A stretch of DNA of 64,000 nt from Acidobacteriaceae bacterium (GCA_035943695.1 DASZBW010000022.1:4102-68101); one strand, 5' to 3'. Numbered from the stretch's first letter, positions 10,902 through 20,704 are shown. Numbers and translations are program-made. Notes: generated by a model not told the origin, from the sequence alone.

Positions 10902-10930
10902 TTGCAGCGATAGCCACCAAAAAACGTGGA

Positions 10931-10963
10931 AAATGGCGGCAGGAAATAATCCTGCCGCCATTT
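10931..10963. terminator. Bidirectional intrinsic terminator between msrA and egtD
   Basis: Perfect 13-bp inverted repeat AAATGGCGGCAGG-aaataat-CCTGCCGCCATTT between convergent genes. Confidence 0.8.
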
Positions 10964-10983
10964 GTTTGCTCGCTGAAATGTAT

Positions 10984-12021
10984 CTAAACTGCAACGGCAA
11001 GTGTGACGGCAAAGAGACTTCCGGAATCGGTGAAGGTGCGGGTAGGCGTAAATCCGCTCTCGCCGAGTAAAGCCGCAATCGTAGCGGGAGTAAATTTGTA
11101 GCTGTTCTCGGTATGAATCGTTTCGCCACTGAAGAAGTTGATGTGCATGGCCGGGCCCACTTCGTTCTCAGGGATGGTGACCCGTTGCGGGCTCAGCGAC
11201 TCAAGATGCATCTCTATCCTGGACTGCGTGGGGTTCCACAACGCACGGTGGCTAAATTGTTCGGGCCGGAAGTTCGCGCCGAGATCGCGATTCAGCCGGA
11301 GCAGAACATTCTGATTGAAGGCCGCAGTCACGCCCTGCTTATCGTTGTATGCCGCGAGCAAGGTGGAAACGGATTTAGCAGCATGCGTCGCTTCAGCCTG
11401 GCACGGCGCTAGGTCCGTCCCCAACAATAGCGCGTCGCCCGGCAGAAGCTGGGCACGCAACCCAGCCAATATCGAGCGACCCTCCGCAGGCGAGAAATTG
11501 CCTATGCTCGATCCAATATAGAGCGCGAGCACATGCTCGTCGGCGCTGCGAGCGATGCAATATCCGTCCGTAACATAGTTGGCGACACAGGGCTGCACCG
11601 CTACACCAGGAATTGCGGCCTCAAGCTGCACCTGCGCTTCGTCCAGCGCGGACGGGCTGATGTCGATTGGCTGGTAGGAGACGGCACCCTGACGAGACGC
11701 CAACGCTTGCAGCAGAACGCCGGTCTTCGTTGCGGTCCCCGCCCCCAACTCCGCAATTGTGAGATTACCGCCGACGCAATCGAAGATGTCGTCAGCGTGA
11801 GCGACAAAAATCGCGCGCTCAGCCCGCGTCAAATAATACTCCGGCAACACTGTGATCTGCTCAAAAAGGCTCGACCCTGCTTCGTCATAAAACAACCACG
11901 GCGCAAGGGTTTTGGGCGACGAGAGCAGACCCCTGCGTGCTTCTTCCGCAACGGCCTGTGGAATCTGCTCGATGCATGCGACGGATTTTTGCGATGCGAG
12001 ATTTGCAGCAGATGGGGGCAC
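10984..12021 (-). CDS. egtD: L-histidine N-alpha-methyltransferase
   Basis: FYDEAGSSLFEQITVLPEYYLTRAE, ELGAG, GSSIGNF, AYNDKQGVTAAFN and IHTENSYKF motifs; adjacent to egtB. Confidence 0.93.
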   Translation of the reverse strand: MPPSAANLASQKSVACIEQIPQAVAEEARRGLLSSPKTLAPWLFYDEAGSSLFEQITVLPEYYLTRAERAIFVAHADDIFDCVGGNLTIAELGAGTATKTGVLLQALASRQGAVSYQPIDISPSALDEAQVQLEAAIPGVAVQPCVANYVTDGYCIARSADEHVLALYIGSSIGNFSPAEGRSILAGLRAQLLPGDALLLGTDLAPCQAEATHAAKSVSTLLAAYNDKQGVTAAFNQNVLLRLNRDLGANFRPEQFSHRALWNPTQSRIEMHLESLSPQRVTIPENEVGPAMHINFFSGETIHTENSYKFTPATIAALLGESGFTPTRTFTDSGSLFAVTLAVAV

Positions 12022-12131
12022 AAGGACTCTCAGGGCAAAGGTGATTTCGTATTGGTTGGATGCTCACGCCACGCACCAGGACTGACTAATTTTCCGGATG
12101 GCCGCAGGCCCTGCCAAACCCTCGTAAAAAA

Positions 12132-13520
12132 CTACGAAGCATCGCGCGCCAGGCGCAAACCGGAGAACTGCCACCGCGTGCCGGGCGCAAAGAAGTTTCG
12201 ATAGGTCGCTCGAATGTGAGACGCGGGCGTAACGCAAGAGCCACCGCGCAGGATGATCTGCGACGACATGAACTTGCCGTTATATTCGCCCAGCGCACCA
12301 GGCAGCGGACGATACCCGGGATACCCGGTGTAAGCCGAGGAAGTCCACTCCCATACGTCACCGAAGATCTGTTGCACTCCAGGGAGCGACGAGGCTCGCA
12401 TAGGATGAAGCTGGCCAGCCTCAAGCAGGTTGGCAGCAGCGGCACCATCGCGGGACATCCCGGGATGACTTGCCGCAAACTCCCATTCAAATTCCGTCGG
12501 CAGGCGTGCGCCGGGAATGCGTCGCTCTACCCAGCGCGCATAGGCGTCCGCCTCAAAAAAACTCAGGTGGCACACCGGCGTGTCCGAAAGCTGGTCCAAC
12601 GATTCCCAGCCGCGCAGCGTGAAGATGCGCCAGCCTGATGAAGCTCCAGGATCGCGTTGCCAGTAGAGTGGCGCCTGCCAGTTCTCCTCGCGAATCGTCG
12701 TCCAGCCTTCCGAGAGCCACAGTTCCGGCCGCGTATAGCCGTTGTCGTCGATGAACGCAAGATATTCGGCGCACGTCACCAACCGGGTTGCGAGCGAGAA
12801 AGGAGCAATGAATACCGGATGTCGCGGAGTTTCGTTATCGAAGCAAAACTCGTCAATCGCATTGGCGCTGGGCGAGAGACCTATCTCTGCCAGCCCTGGC
12901 GAAAAGTTCACCCAGGCCAACGGAAGAGCGATGCTGCCATCCTCAAGCGCAGCGACAGACTCACGATAGACAGGATGCAGCGGATTGGTGAAGAAGGCGT
13001 GCTTGATATCGGCCGCAATCAACTCCTGGTGCTGCTGCTCATGTTCCAGCCCCAGCCGGATGCGTCGTGCCATATCTGCATAGTCTGCAAGACCTGACGT
13101 GTCTTCGAGCAGCCGGGCGATCCCCGCGTCCACATATTCGCGATAGGCGATGATATCCGCAAGCGGAGGACGGGAGAAACTTGCTCGCAGCGACTTGGCC
13201 GGCATATCGCCCAACGAGTTGTAGTAGGAGTTGAAGAGCCAGTGGAAGTCAGGATGAAAATCTTTGTACCCAGCCAGATATTCCCGCAGCACAAAGGTCT
13301 CGAAAAACCAGGACGTATGCGCCAGATGCCACTTTGCAGGGCTGGCCTCCGCGCACGATTGCACCATTAAGTCCTCAGGCGAGAGCGGCGCAGTCAACGC
13401 GAGCGATGCTTCGCGAACCTTCCGATACCGAGCGAATAAATCTGGACAAGCGCCCGCAACTGTAGCAGCAGGCTGCGCACTAGAACCAATAGCTGACGAT
13501 GGCATGCTGCGTTTCCTCAT
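12132..13520 (-). CDS. egtB: Ergothioneine sulfoxide synthase
   Basis: SPAKWHLAHTSWFFE, FNSYY and HEQQHQE motifs; C-terminal FGE-like domain (ILRGGSC, RATYRNFF, QFSGLRLA). Confidence 0.93.
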   Translation of the reverse strand: MRKRSMPSSAIGSSAQPAATVAGACPDLFARYRKVREASLALTAPLSPEDLMVQSCAEASPAKWHLAHTSWFFETFVLREYLAGYKDFHPDFHWLFNSYYNSLGDMPAKSLRASFSRPPLADIIAYREYVDAGIARLLEDTSGLADYADMARRIRLGLEHEQQHQELIAADIKHAFFTNPLHPVYRESVAALEDGSIALPLAWVNFSPGLAEIGLSPSANAIDEFCFDNETPRHPVFIAPFSLATRLVTCAEYLAFIDDNGYTRPELWLSEGWTTIREENWQAPLYWQRDPGASSGWRIFTLRGWESLDQLSDTPVCHLSFFEADAYARWVERRIPGARLPTEFEWEFAASHPGMSRDGAAAANLLEAGQLHPMRASSLPGVQQIFGDVWEWTSSAYTGYPGYRPLPGALGEYNGKFMSSQIILRGGSCVTPASHIRATYRNFFAPGTRWQFSGLRLARDAS

Positions 13521-13695
13521 TCAAGTTGGACCAGCCGTTCGACGCCGGACGCCCGGGATCAGGTTGGCCGGTGTTCCAGTATGCAACACAGATTACCGCA
13601 AGCAGGAATCCATTAGATTGCACCTGCGATTGCCAAGCTTCAAAATCCACGTGTAAATGCGACTTTCGCTGAATGGAAAATCGGTCCTATGCAGA

Positions 13696-14304
13696 TTATT
13701 CCAACGCTTCGTTCACATCGCGCACAAGGTTTCGCAAATAGCTGCGGCGGTTCAACAACCCGACCATAGCGTCGCGGGCCGCAGCTTTAGCGTCAGCTTC
13801 GTCCGCATCGACTGCCGCATCCCAACGCCCCCACAAGATCTCAAGCTCCCGCTGCGTCGCGGCCATCTTCTCATCGAAAGCAGATTTTGCAGCCAGCAGA
13901 TCCGTGCGCAACTGCGGATCGTCTTCGCCGAACTTCTTCGCCGCCCGCATCTCTTCCAATTGCATATTCAGTTCGAACGCCTCTTCGAGCAAATCCGGCG
14001 GAACAATCTGCTGCTTCGCCCCGCCACTGGCACGCGCCGCCTCCGTTGCGGCCTTGGACTGCTCCTCCAGCTCCACGCCCTGCAGCTTTAGCAAATACTC
14101 GGTCCGCGCAATCGGATCCTTCAGCGTCCGGTATGCATCATTCAGCTGCGAAGACTCGGCCAGCGCCGCTGTCTGTTCCGCCGCAGGCCGCGCAGCGAAG
14201 CGATCCGGATGCAGCTTGCGGCTCATCGCATAGAACGTTTTTTCCAGCGCAGCAAGGTCCAGTACAAGATGCTGCGGGAGCGAGAATATCTGAAAGAAAT
14301 CCAT
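13696..14304 (-). CDS. hscB: Fe-S co-chaperone HscB
   Basis: MDFFQIF...LHPD J-domain; LNDAYRTLKDPIARTEYLL. Start reset to the ATG at 14304. Confidence 0.9.
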   Translation of the reverse strand: MDFFQIFSLPQHLVLDLAALEKTFYAMSRKLHPDRFAARPAAEQTAALAESSQLNDAYRTLKDPIARTEYLLKLQGVELEEQSKAATEAARASGGAKQQIVPPDLLEEAFELNMQLEEMRAAKKFGEDDPQLRTDLLAAKSAFDEKMAATQRELEILWGRWDAAVDADEADAKAAARDAMVGLLNRRSYLRNLVRDVNEALE

Positions 14305-14340
14305 GATCCATTCTAAGTCCGTGGGCGCATCCAAATCTTT

Positions 14341-15150
14341 ATGGCGTATATCGGCACGGCGGGATGGACGATCCCAAAGCAGTACGCGAAGCTCGCACCA
14401 GGCGATGGAACCCACCTGGAGCGGTACGCGCGCATCTTCAATTGCGTCGAGATTAACTCCAGCTTCCATCGTTCGCACCGAACCTCCACCTGGCAGCGAT
14501 GGGCGGATAGCACACCCGACAACTTTCGCTTCTCAGTGAAATTGACTAAGACAATCACCCATTTGCAGAAGTTGAGTGGGGACACCGCCGCGCTGGACGC
14601 TTTCTTTGCAGAGGTGGCCTCGCTGGGCAAAAAACTCAGCGTCATCCTGGTGCAATTGCCTCCCAAGCTTGCATACGGCGATTGTCCTGCAGTGGAATTC
14701 TTCGAGTTTCTCCGCGAACGGTGGCACGGCCCTATTGCACTTGAACCACGCAACGCATCCTGGTTCACAGAAGAAGCCGAGGAACTTCTGCTGCGGCACA
14801 GGATCGCCAGGGTCGCAGCCGACCCGCGACGACATGGTCCAATCGGCGAAAATGGTTTTGCAAAGCCCGGTGGTGGGCCTGGGCTAGAGTACTTCCGCTT
14901 GCATGGGTCTCCGCGAACCTACTACTCGCAGTATGAACCAGCCGCACTGAAAAGCCTGGCCAAGGCCATGAAGCCGTCCGCAGCGAAACAATCTCAGTGG
15001 GTGATCTTCGACAATACCGCTGTGGGCCATGCATTCGGCAATGCAGCCGACCTGCAACAAATGTTGAACGCTAAGCGTAGCGGCCAAAACCTAGACTTTA
15101 GGTCGAGAAGCTCGATCCGCAGCCGCAACTCTTGGTCGAGTGCGGATTGA
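14341..15150 (+). CDS. DUF72 (YecE-like) protein
   Basis: YIGTAGW, VEINSSFHR, LVQLPP, EPRNASW, YFRLHGSP and VIFDN motifs. Confidence 0.88.
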   Translation: MAYIGTAGWTIPKQYAKLAPGDGTHLERYARIFNCVEINSSFHRSHRTSTWQRWADSTPDNFRFSVKLTKTITHLQKLSGDTAALDAFFAEVASLGKKLSVILVQLPPKLAYGDCPAVEFFEFLRERWHGPIALEPRNASWFTEEAEELLLRHRIARVAADPRRHGPIGENGFAKPGGGPGLEYFRLHGSPRTYYSQYEPAALKSLAKAMKPSAAKQSQWVIFDNTAVGHAFGNAADLQQMLNAKRSGQNLDFRSRSSIRSRNSWSSAD

Positions 15151-15583
15151 TGAAGTTGAAGCCCTGCCGCATCAGCGTCTCCTCGTAGTCGAGGATCATG
15201 CCGTGCAAGTAGATGAAGCTCTTCGGGTCAACGAAGATGCGAATCGCGGGCGCGTCTGTCATCTCCGGATCGAGATGCGTCTGCGGAAATGCATACACAC
15301 GATCCCGCTCGCGTGGCTGCGTATCGAACTTAATGTTGTAGCTCAACCCCGAGCAGCCACCCCCGGTGATCCCCACGCGCAGGCCGCCAGCGTCCGGCGT
15401 AATCTTCTCCTTCGCCATCGCCACGCGAATACGCTTCAACGCACGCAGCGTCACCTGGATCCCCTTCGAGCCGGCAGCCTCGCCTTCAGCCGTCAGCACA
15501 GGCGAAGCCGGTGCAGCGGGCGCATGGGGCTGCGCAGCCGACGCACCGGTGGGTGTCTCCGTCTGTAGGGTCACCATCGCCAT
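15098..15583 (-). CDS. iscA: A-type Fe-S carrier IscA/HesB
   Basis: GITGGGCSGLSY and FINPHSTKSCGCGSSF motifs. Confidence 0.92.
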   Translation of the reverse strand: MAMVTLQTETPTGASAAQPHAPAAPASPVLTAEGEAAGSKGIQVTLRALKRIRVAMAKEKITPDAGGLRVGITGGGCSGLSYNIKFDTQPRERDRVYAFPQTHLDPEMTDAPAIRIFVDPKSFIYLHGMILDYEETLMRQGFNFINPHSTKSCGCGSSFST

Positions 15584-15587
15584 CGTC

Positions 15588-16010
15588 TTAGTGGGCCGCC
15601 GCGACCACTGCGCCAGCCTCTTCGGCAACGTGGTTCTTCTTCTTCCAGTCGCCAATCGCCGCGCGAATCGCATCTTCCGCAAGCACCGAGCAGTGAATCT
15701 TCACCGGAGGAAGCGCCAGCTCCTTCACGATGTCAGTGTTAGTAATAGTCAGCGCCTCGGAGACAGTCTTGCCCTTCACCCACTCCGTCGCCAGCGAGCT
15801 CGAAGCGATCGCCGAGCCGCAGCCAAAGGTTTTGAACTTCGCGTCCTCGATGACCTGAGTCTCGGGGTTGACTCGGATCTGGAGCCGCATCACGTCGCCG
15901 CACTCCGGCGCTCCGACCAGCCCGGTGCCTACTGCATCCGAAGCCTTGTCGAGCGTCCCGACATTCCGTGGATTCTCGTAATGATCGACTACCTTATCGC
16001 TGTATGCCAT
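15588..16010 (-). CDS. iscU: Fe-S scaffold IscU
   Basis: GAPECGDVM, KTFGCGSAIASSS and LPPVKIHCSVLAEDAI motifs. Confidence 0.97.
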   Translation of the reverse strand: MAYSDKVVDHYENPRNVGTLDKASDAVGTGLVGAPECGDVMRLQIRVNPETQVIEDAKFKTFGCGSAIASSSLATEWVKGKTVSEALTITNTDIVKELALPPVKIHCSVLAEDAIRAAIGDWKKKNHVAEEAGAVVAAAH

Positions 16011-16077
16011 GGTGTTTCTCCTTCGTAACTTATTTAGATGAAATTTCTAAACTTTCGGTGCGCTGTGTGGCCTGATC

Positions 16078-17406
16078 TTAGTGTGCGGCCCATTCGATCT
16101 TCGTCAGATCGATACCTTCCTTCACCATCTCGTACAGTGGGCTCAACTCCCGCAGCTTCAGCACCACATCAATCAGCTTGTCGGCAACGTAGTCCACTTC
16201 CGCCTTCGTGTTGAATCGCCCAAGACCAAAGCGAATCGATGAGTGCGCCACATCATCGCCCAGCCCCAGCGCCTTCAGCACATAGCTCGGTTCAAGCGTA
16301 GCCGACGTGCAGGCCGAGCCCGACGACACCGCAATGTCGTTGATGCCCATCAGCAGTGACTCGCCTTCGACATACACGAAGCTCATGTTGAGGTTGCCAG
16401 GCAGATGATGCTCCATATTCCCGTTCACCTGCGTATAGTCGAGCGCCTTCTCCAGCTTCGCCTTCAGATACTCGCGCAGTTCCAACTCGCGCTTGCCCTC
16501 GGCCTCCATCTCGTTCATGCAGATCTCGCACGCCGCGCCCAGCCCAACGATGCCCGGCACGTTCAGCGTGCCGGAGCGCATGCCGCGCTCATGGCCTCCG
16601 CCGTTGATCTGCTCTGTGATCTGCACCCGCGGATTGCGCCGCCGAACATACAGCGCACCCACGCCTTTCGGCCCATAAAGCTTGTGCCCGGAGAGCGAAA
16701 GCACGTCGATATTATCCGTCTGCACGTTGACGGGGATCTTGCCCACGGCCTGCACCGCATCCGTGTGGAAGAAGACGCCCTTCTCGTGGCAGATCTTTCC
16801 AATCTCGGCAATCGGCTGCACCACGCCGATCTCGTTATTCGCATACATGATGGAAACAAGAATCGTCTTATCCGGCCCTTCCGTCACGATCGCGCGCTTC
16901 AGGTCCACTACATCGATCAACCCATCCGCCTGCACCGGCAGATACGTCACCCGAAAGCCCTGCTTCTCGAGCTTCTTGCACGTGTCGAGAATGGCCTTGT
17001 GCTCCGTCACCTGCGTGATGATGTGGTTGCCCTTCTCGCGATACATCTCCGCGATGCCTTTCAGCGCCAGGTTGTTCGACTCCGTCGCTCCCGAAGTAAA
17101 AATAATCTCCTTCGCCGTCGCGCCAATCAGCTTGGCGATCTGCCCGCGCGCCGTCTCGACGGCAGACTCCGCCTCCCAGCCGAACTGGTGATTGCGGCTC
17201 GCCGCATTGCCGAACTTGCCGGTGAAGTAAGGCATCATCGCCTCGAGCACACGCGGATCCATCGGCGTGGTCGCATGGTTATCCATGTAGAGCGGAAGAT
17301 GCACGCCCTCCGGCAACGGCGTCGCCGAATTGCTGATGATGACGCCCCGGTTGCTCATGTCGCTGCCTGCGCCGTTCTGGCTGATGCCGTCGTTTTCAAT
17401 GCTCAT
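16078..17406 (-). CDS. iscS: Cysteine desulfurase IscS
   Basis: [27 protein letters not shown] (PLP lysine) and SSGSACTS motifs. Confidence 0.97.
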   Translation of the reverse strand: MSIENDGISQNGAGSDMSNRGVIISNSATPLPEGVHLPLYMDNHATTPMDPRVLEAMMPYFTGKFGNAASRNHQFGWEAESAVETARGQIAKLIGATAKEIIFTSGATESNNLALKGIAEMYREKGNHIITQVTEHKAILDTCKKLEKQGFRVTYLPVQADGLIDVVDLKRAIVTEGPDKTILVSIMYANNEIGVVQPIAEIGKICHEKGVFFHTDAVQAVGKIPVNVQTDNIDVLSLSGHKLYGPKGVGALYVRRRNPRVQITEQINGGGHERGMRSGTLNVPGIVGLGAACEICMNEMEAEGKRELELREYLKAKLEKALDYTQVNGNMEHHLPGNLNMSFVYVEGESLLMGINDIAVSSGSACTSATLEPSYVLKALGLGDDVAHSSIRFGLGRFNTKAEVDYVADKLIDVVLKLRELSPLYEMVKEGIDLTKIEWAAH

Positions 17407-17484
17407 TGATTGCTCCTTCTATCGTTCGAATCTTTTCGTCTCACGTCAAAAATTTTATGCGGCGCCTTCGTCGCGCCCAAATCC

Positions 17485-17964
17485 CTAAGCCACAATCGTG
17501 ATCAAACCACCACCCACAGCCGCCTCATCTCCCTGCCGTCCTTCACTCTTCTCAATCAGGTCGCTGATGCGAATGTTACTCAGCAGGTCCTTGATGCTGT
17601 CATTCACCTTGCGCAGAGGTTCTTTGATGGTGCAATGTCCTGCCAGGTCGCAGGCTCCGTGAATCGTAATGCAGCTCGTAATAAACAGCGGCCCATCAAT
17701 CGCCCGAATCACCTCAAACGCCGAAATCTCCGCCGCCGGTCGTGCCAGCGCATATCCACCATTCGTCCCTGCGTGCGACACCAGCAGCCCGGCACGCGCC
17801 AGCGTCTGCAGAATCTTCGCCAGCAGCGGCGGAGGAATGTGATACGCCTGCGCAATATCTTTCGCGCTCTGCGACGCCAGAGCCGCATCCGGACCTGCTG
17901 ACTGCTCAGCTAGGTACTTGAGCGCCATCAAACCATAGTCGGCTTTTTTGGTCAGACGCAGCAT
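17485..17964 (-). CDS. Rrf2-family Fe-S cluster regulator (IscR-like)
   Basis: MLRLTKKADYGL start, G..GGY.LAR and C-x6-C-x5-C; first gene of the isc operon. Confidence 0.88.
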   Translation of the reverse strand: MLRLTKKADYGLMALKYLAEQSAGPDAALASQSAKDIAQAYHIPPPLLAKILQTLARAGLLVSHAGTNGGYALARPAAEISAFEVIRAIDGPLFITSCITIHGACDLAGHCTIKEPLRKVNDSIKDLLSNIRISDLIEKSEGRQGDEAAVGGGLITIVA

Positions 17965-18003
17965 TGAACTCTCGATAAGACACGGACGGCGATTCCAACC
18001 ACG

Positions 18004-18028
18004 TAATCCGACCGTATTGGTCCTACAT
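18004..18028. promoter_or_regulatory. Candidate Rrf2/IscR operator
   Basis: TAATCCGACCGTATTGGTCCTACAT contains the palindromic core GACC-N5-GGTC, 40 bp upstream of the regulator ATG; resembles type-1 IscR sites. Confidence 0.45.
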
Positions 18029-18213
18029 AAGTGTACGGCGGCCAGAGCCCAGTGGCAAGCCCGCGAGGGCCGGGAAGAAAGATACTCGCATATGCCTGAC
18101 ACTTTCCATGCAGCAACTCCCCGTCCCAGCGAAGAACCGCGGAAGAACTTTTCTCAATTTCGCGATTGACAAGCCGACGGAGCGAAGGCAAACTTTCCCA
18201 AAGCTCCTCCCTT

Positions 18214-18387
18214 ATGCCTAAAACGTGCAAACATCCCCAGGTCCGCGTCGTCGCCCGCGAAGAGGACGTCGAGTTTGTCGAGTGTCAACTATGTGGCGAG
18301 GTCTTCGACTCCGCCGAGTTTCCCGACATCCTGAATGAAGAGGACGCAGCGACGGAGAGCATCACAGCAAAGGACGAGGACACCTAG
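18214..18387 (+). CDS. Small acidic Cys-containing protein (zinc-ribbon-like)
   Basis: MPKTCKHPQVRVVAREEDVEFVECQLCGEVF: C-x-H...C-x2-C pattern; fills an otherwise empty gap. Confidence 0.55.
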   Translation: MPKTCKHPQVRVVAREEDVEFVECQLCGEVFDSAEFPDILNEEDAATESITAKDEDT

Positions 18388-18453
18388 CCTTTCCGACGCT
18401 TTCACCCGCTGATACTCACCTGAAAATTCCAACAAGCGACGGACGTTGCGGCC

Positions 18454-19044
18454 TTAGATAGCCTGAGGCTCCGGTGCACTTACCCGGCGGAAGACGATCC
18501 AGGCATACTGCGCAGCTGAAACAGGCGCCAGAATCGCAATCGCCCGCAGCAGTCCCAGCCGCAGCGGCCCAACCCCCATCCCCGGCCAAACCCGCTCCAC
18601 CAGCACTACTGTCAGCCCCACAATCTGCACCACGGTATTCAGCTTGCCCAGCAGGCTCGGTCGAAAGTCCCGCAGCGTCCCAATCGCAAACAGCAGGGTA
18701 GAGATCAGCAGAATTCCGAAGTCCCGGCTGAAGACCAGCACCGTCACGTAGCGGGGCACCAGGTTCATATGCGTCAACACCAGGAACAGCGTACTCAACA
18801 GCAGCTTGTCCGCAATCGGGTCCAGATATTGCCCCAATCGCGTATGCTGCGAAAGCCACCGCGCCAGCAGTCCATCGAACCCGTCACTGAAACCTGCCAG
18901 CACAAACAACCCAAACGCCAGCCTGTAGTGGCTATCCAGAATCGCAATCACCAGAAAGGGAATGATGAACAGCCGCATCAGCGTAAGCAGGTTGGGGGCA
19001 GCGCGAAACTGGGCGAGAAGATTCATTTCTGGGTGCAATCGCAA
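18454..19044 (-). CDS. CDP-alcohol phosphatidyltransferase
   Basis: PNLLTLMRL and DGFDGLLAR...G..LDPIADK signature. Confidence 0.93.
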   Translation of the reverse strand: MRLHPEMNLLAQFRAAPNLLTLMRLFIIPFLVIAILDSHYRLAFGLFVLAGFSDGFDGLLARWLSQHTRLGQYLDPIADKLLLSTLFLVLTHMNLVPRYVTVLVFSRDFGILLISTLLFAIGTLRDFRPSLLGKLNTVVQIVGLTVVLVERVWPGMGVGPLRLGLLRAIAILAPVSAAQYAWIVFRRVSAPEPQAI

Positions 19045-19129
19045 TCGTAGAGCATTTTGCCTCCCGGTGCAGCTACGTTTGCGGTTGCCCTAACCCCGCG
19101 CTTCCATTTACACTGGTTGAACGCACTAG

Positions 19130-19206
19130 AGGCGCGTAGCTCAGTTGGTTAGAGCGCTACCTTGACACGGTAGAGGTCAGGAGTTCGAGTCTCCTCGTGC
19201 CTACCA
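19130..19206 (+). tRNA. tRNA-Val (anticodon GAC)
   Basis: Cloverleaf: acceptor AGGCGCG/CGTGCCT, anticodon arm CTACC-TTGACAC-GGTAG, TTCGAG T-loop, encoded CCA. Confidence 0.97.
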
Positions 19207-19314
19207 CTTTCACGGCCTTGCACCACGCCGGGTTGGCTGCAGTGGGGAATTCAGAAACAACGATTCCCTCCGGCCGCGCGAAAGTCTCTCTGCGAAAAAG
19301 ATTGGAGTAACACC

Positions 19315-19506
19315 ATGGCAGCTAAATGTGATCTTTGCGGCAAAGGGCCGCAGTTCGGAAACAACATCTCCCACGCCAACAACACCACCCGCCGTCGCTG
19401 GAACGTAAACCTGCGACCGGTGAAGGCCAAGCTTGAGAACGGCGCCAACAAGCGCCTCCGGGTTTGCACCGGATGCATCAAGACCGGCAAGATCGTCAAA
19501 GCCTAG
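19315..19506 (+). CDS. rpmB: 50S ribosomal protein L28 (Cys-containing form)
   Basis: [29 protein letters not shown]...VCTGCIK. Confidence 0.97.
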   Translation: MAAKCDLCGKGPQFGNNISHANNTTRRRWNVNLRPVKAKLENGANKRLRVCTGCIKTGKIVKA

Positions 19507-19532
19507 ACCTGAAACTCTAAACGAAACAGGAC

Positions 19533-19566
19533 GCCCCAGCCGGCAGCAGCGCGGCTGGGGCTTTTC
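19533..19566 (+). terminator. Intrinsic terminator after rpmB
   Basis: GCCCCAGCCG-loop-CGGCTGGGGC followed by TTTT. Confidence 0.75.
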
Positions 19567-19583
19567 GTGTCTTCCGCCCTGTC

Positions 19584-20006
19584 CTACTTTTTCTCGAACG
19601 CCAGCGACGCACTGTTGATGCAGTACCGCATCCCCGTTGGCCGCGGCCCATCCGGAAACACATGCCCCAGGTGAGCCCCACACGTCGCGCAGGTCACTTC
19701 GACCCGCCGCATCCCCAGCGTCGAATCCTCATGAGCTTCAATCGCATCTGCCGACACCGGAAGCCAGAAGCTCGGCCACCCGCTGCCCGACTCAAACTTC
19801 TTATCCGAAGTAAACAGCGGAGCATTGCACCCTCCGCAGTGATACACGCCATCGTCGTGGTTATCCACCAGGGCCCCCGTAAAAGGCCGCTCCGTCCCCT
19901 TCTCCCGCATTACATGAAACTGCTCGGGCGTCAGCAGCTCCCGCCACTCCGCCTCCGTCTTTTGAACCCTCTGCTTCGCGACACCTGCATCCTGTGAATC
20001 AGCCAT
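19584..20006 (-). CDS. msrB: Peptide methionine (R)-sulfoxide reductase B
   Basis: [30 protein letters not shown] and RYCINS motifs. Confidence 0.96.
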   Translation of the reverse strand: MADSQDAGVAKQRVQKTEAEWRELLTPEQFHVMREKGTERPFTGALVDNHDDGVYHCGGCNAPLFTSDKKFESGSGWPSFWLPVSADAIEAHEDSTLGMRRVEVTCATCGAHLGHVFPDGPRPTGMRYCINSASLAFEKK

Positions 20007-20133
20007 AAAAACCCTCCTTGTAATTAGACGCTCCATCCATCAAGGCCAAACCGCGCCTGCAGCGCCAAATCCTCTCCGTGTTCTCTCATCTTTCTCCGTG
20101 CACCCTGTGATTCGCTCTCATCGTCTCTTGGCG

Positions 20134-20532
20134 TCAAGACCGCTGCGCAATCACTTCAATCTCCACCAAAGCGTCCTTCGGCAGCCGAGCCACCTCCACC
20201 GTAGACCGCGCCGGAGGCACCACCCCTTCCGGAGCCAAATATCCCGCATAGATCTCGTTCATCGCAACAAAGTCACCCATGTCCTTCAGGTAAACAGTAG
20301 TCTTCACCACATCCGCCAACGTCAATCCATCCGCCCTCAACACCGCAGCAAGATTCTCCAGCACTCGCGTAGTCTGTTCCCGTATCCCACCCTCCACCAA
20401 AACACCAGTCGCCGGATCCAGCGCCACCTGGCCCGAAGTAAACAGCAGCCCCCCCACACGCACCGCCTGCGAGTAAGGCCCAATCGCCGCCGGCGCCTCT
20501 ATCGTCGCCACCTTTATCTTGCTTTCTGCCAT
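20134..20532 (-). CDS. RidA/YjgF family enamine deaminase
   Basis: APAAIGPYSQAV, TSGQV and PARSTVEVARLPKDALVEIEVIA motifs. Confidence 0.93.
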   Translation of the reverse strand: MAESKIKVATIEAPAAIGPYSQAVRVGGLLFTSGQVALDPATGVLVEGGIREQTTRVLENLAAVLRADGLTLADVVKTTVYLKDMGDFVAMNEIYAGYLAPEGVVPPARSTVEVARLPKDALVEIEVIAQRS

Positions 20533-20704
20533 CTCTTCCCTCTCCTCTTCGATCTCGATTGTCACTCGCCGCCACGCACATTGCAAAGTCGCTTCGCCAA
20601 ACCCGCCCGTATGTAAACGACACAGCCCCACAAACCGCCAACATTGGTATATGCCTGCACAGCGGGTACCATAGCCTTAGTCTGTCTTAATTTCCAATCC
20701 GATC

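Noticed and set aside
10984-13520. Selenoneine (senABC) or ovothiol (ovoA) pathway
   Set aside because: No senB glycosyltransferase or selD nearby, and no fused C-terminal methyltransferase. The egtD partner indicates ergothioneine.
13521-13695. Riboswitch (SAM/SAH type) upstream of egtB
   Set aside because: I could not match a known aptamer consensus. An Rfam scan would be needed.
19130-19314. tRNA-Val as an integration site
   Set aside because: No duplicated tRNA 3' end and no integrase in the window; rpmB follows directly.
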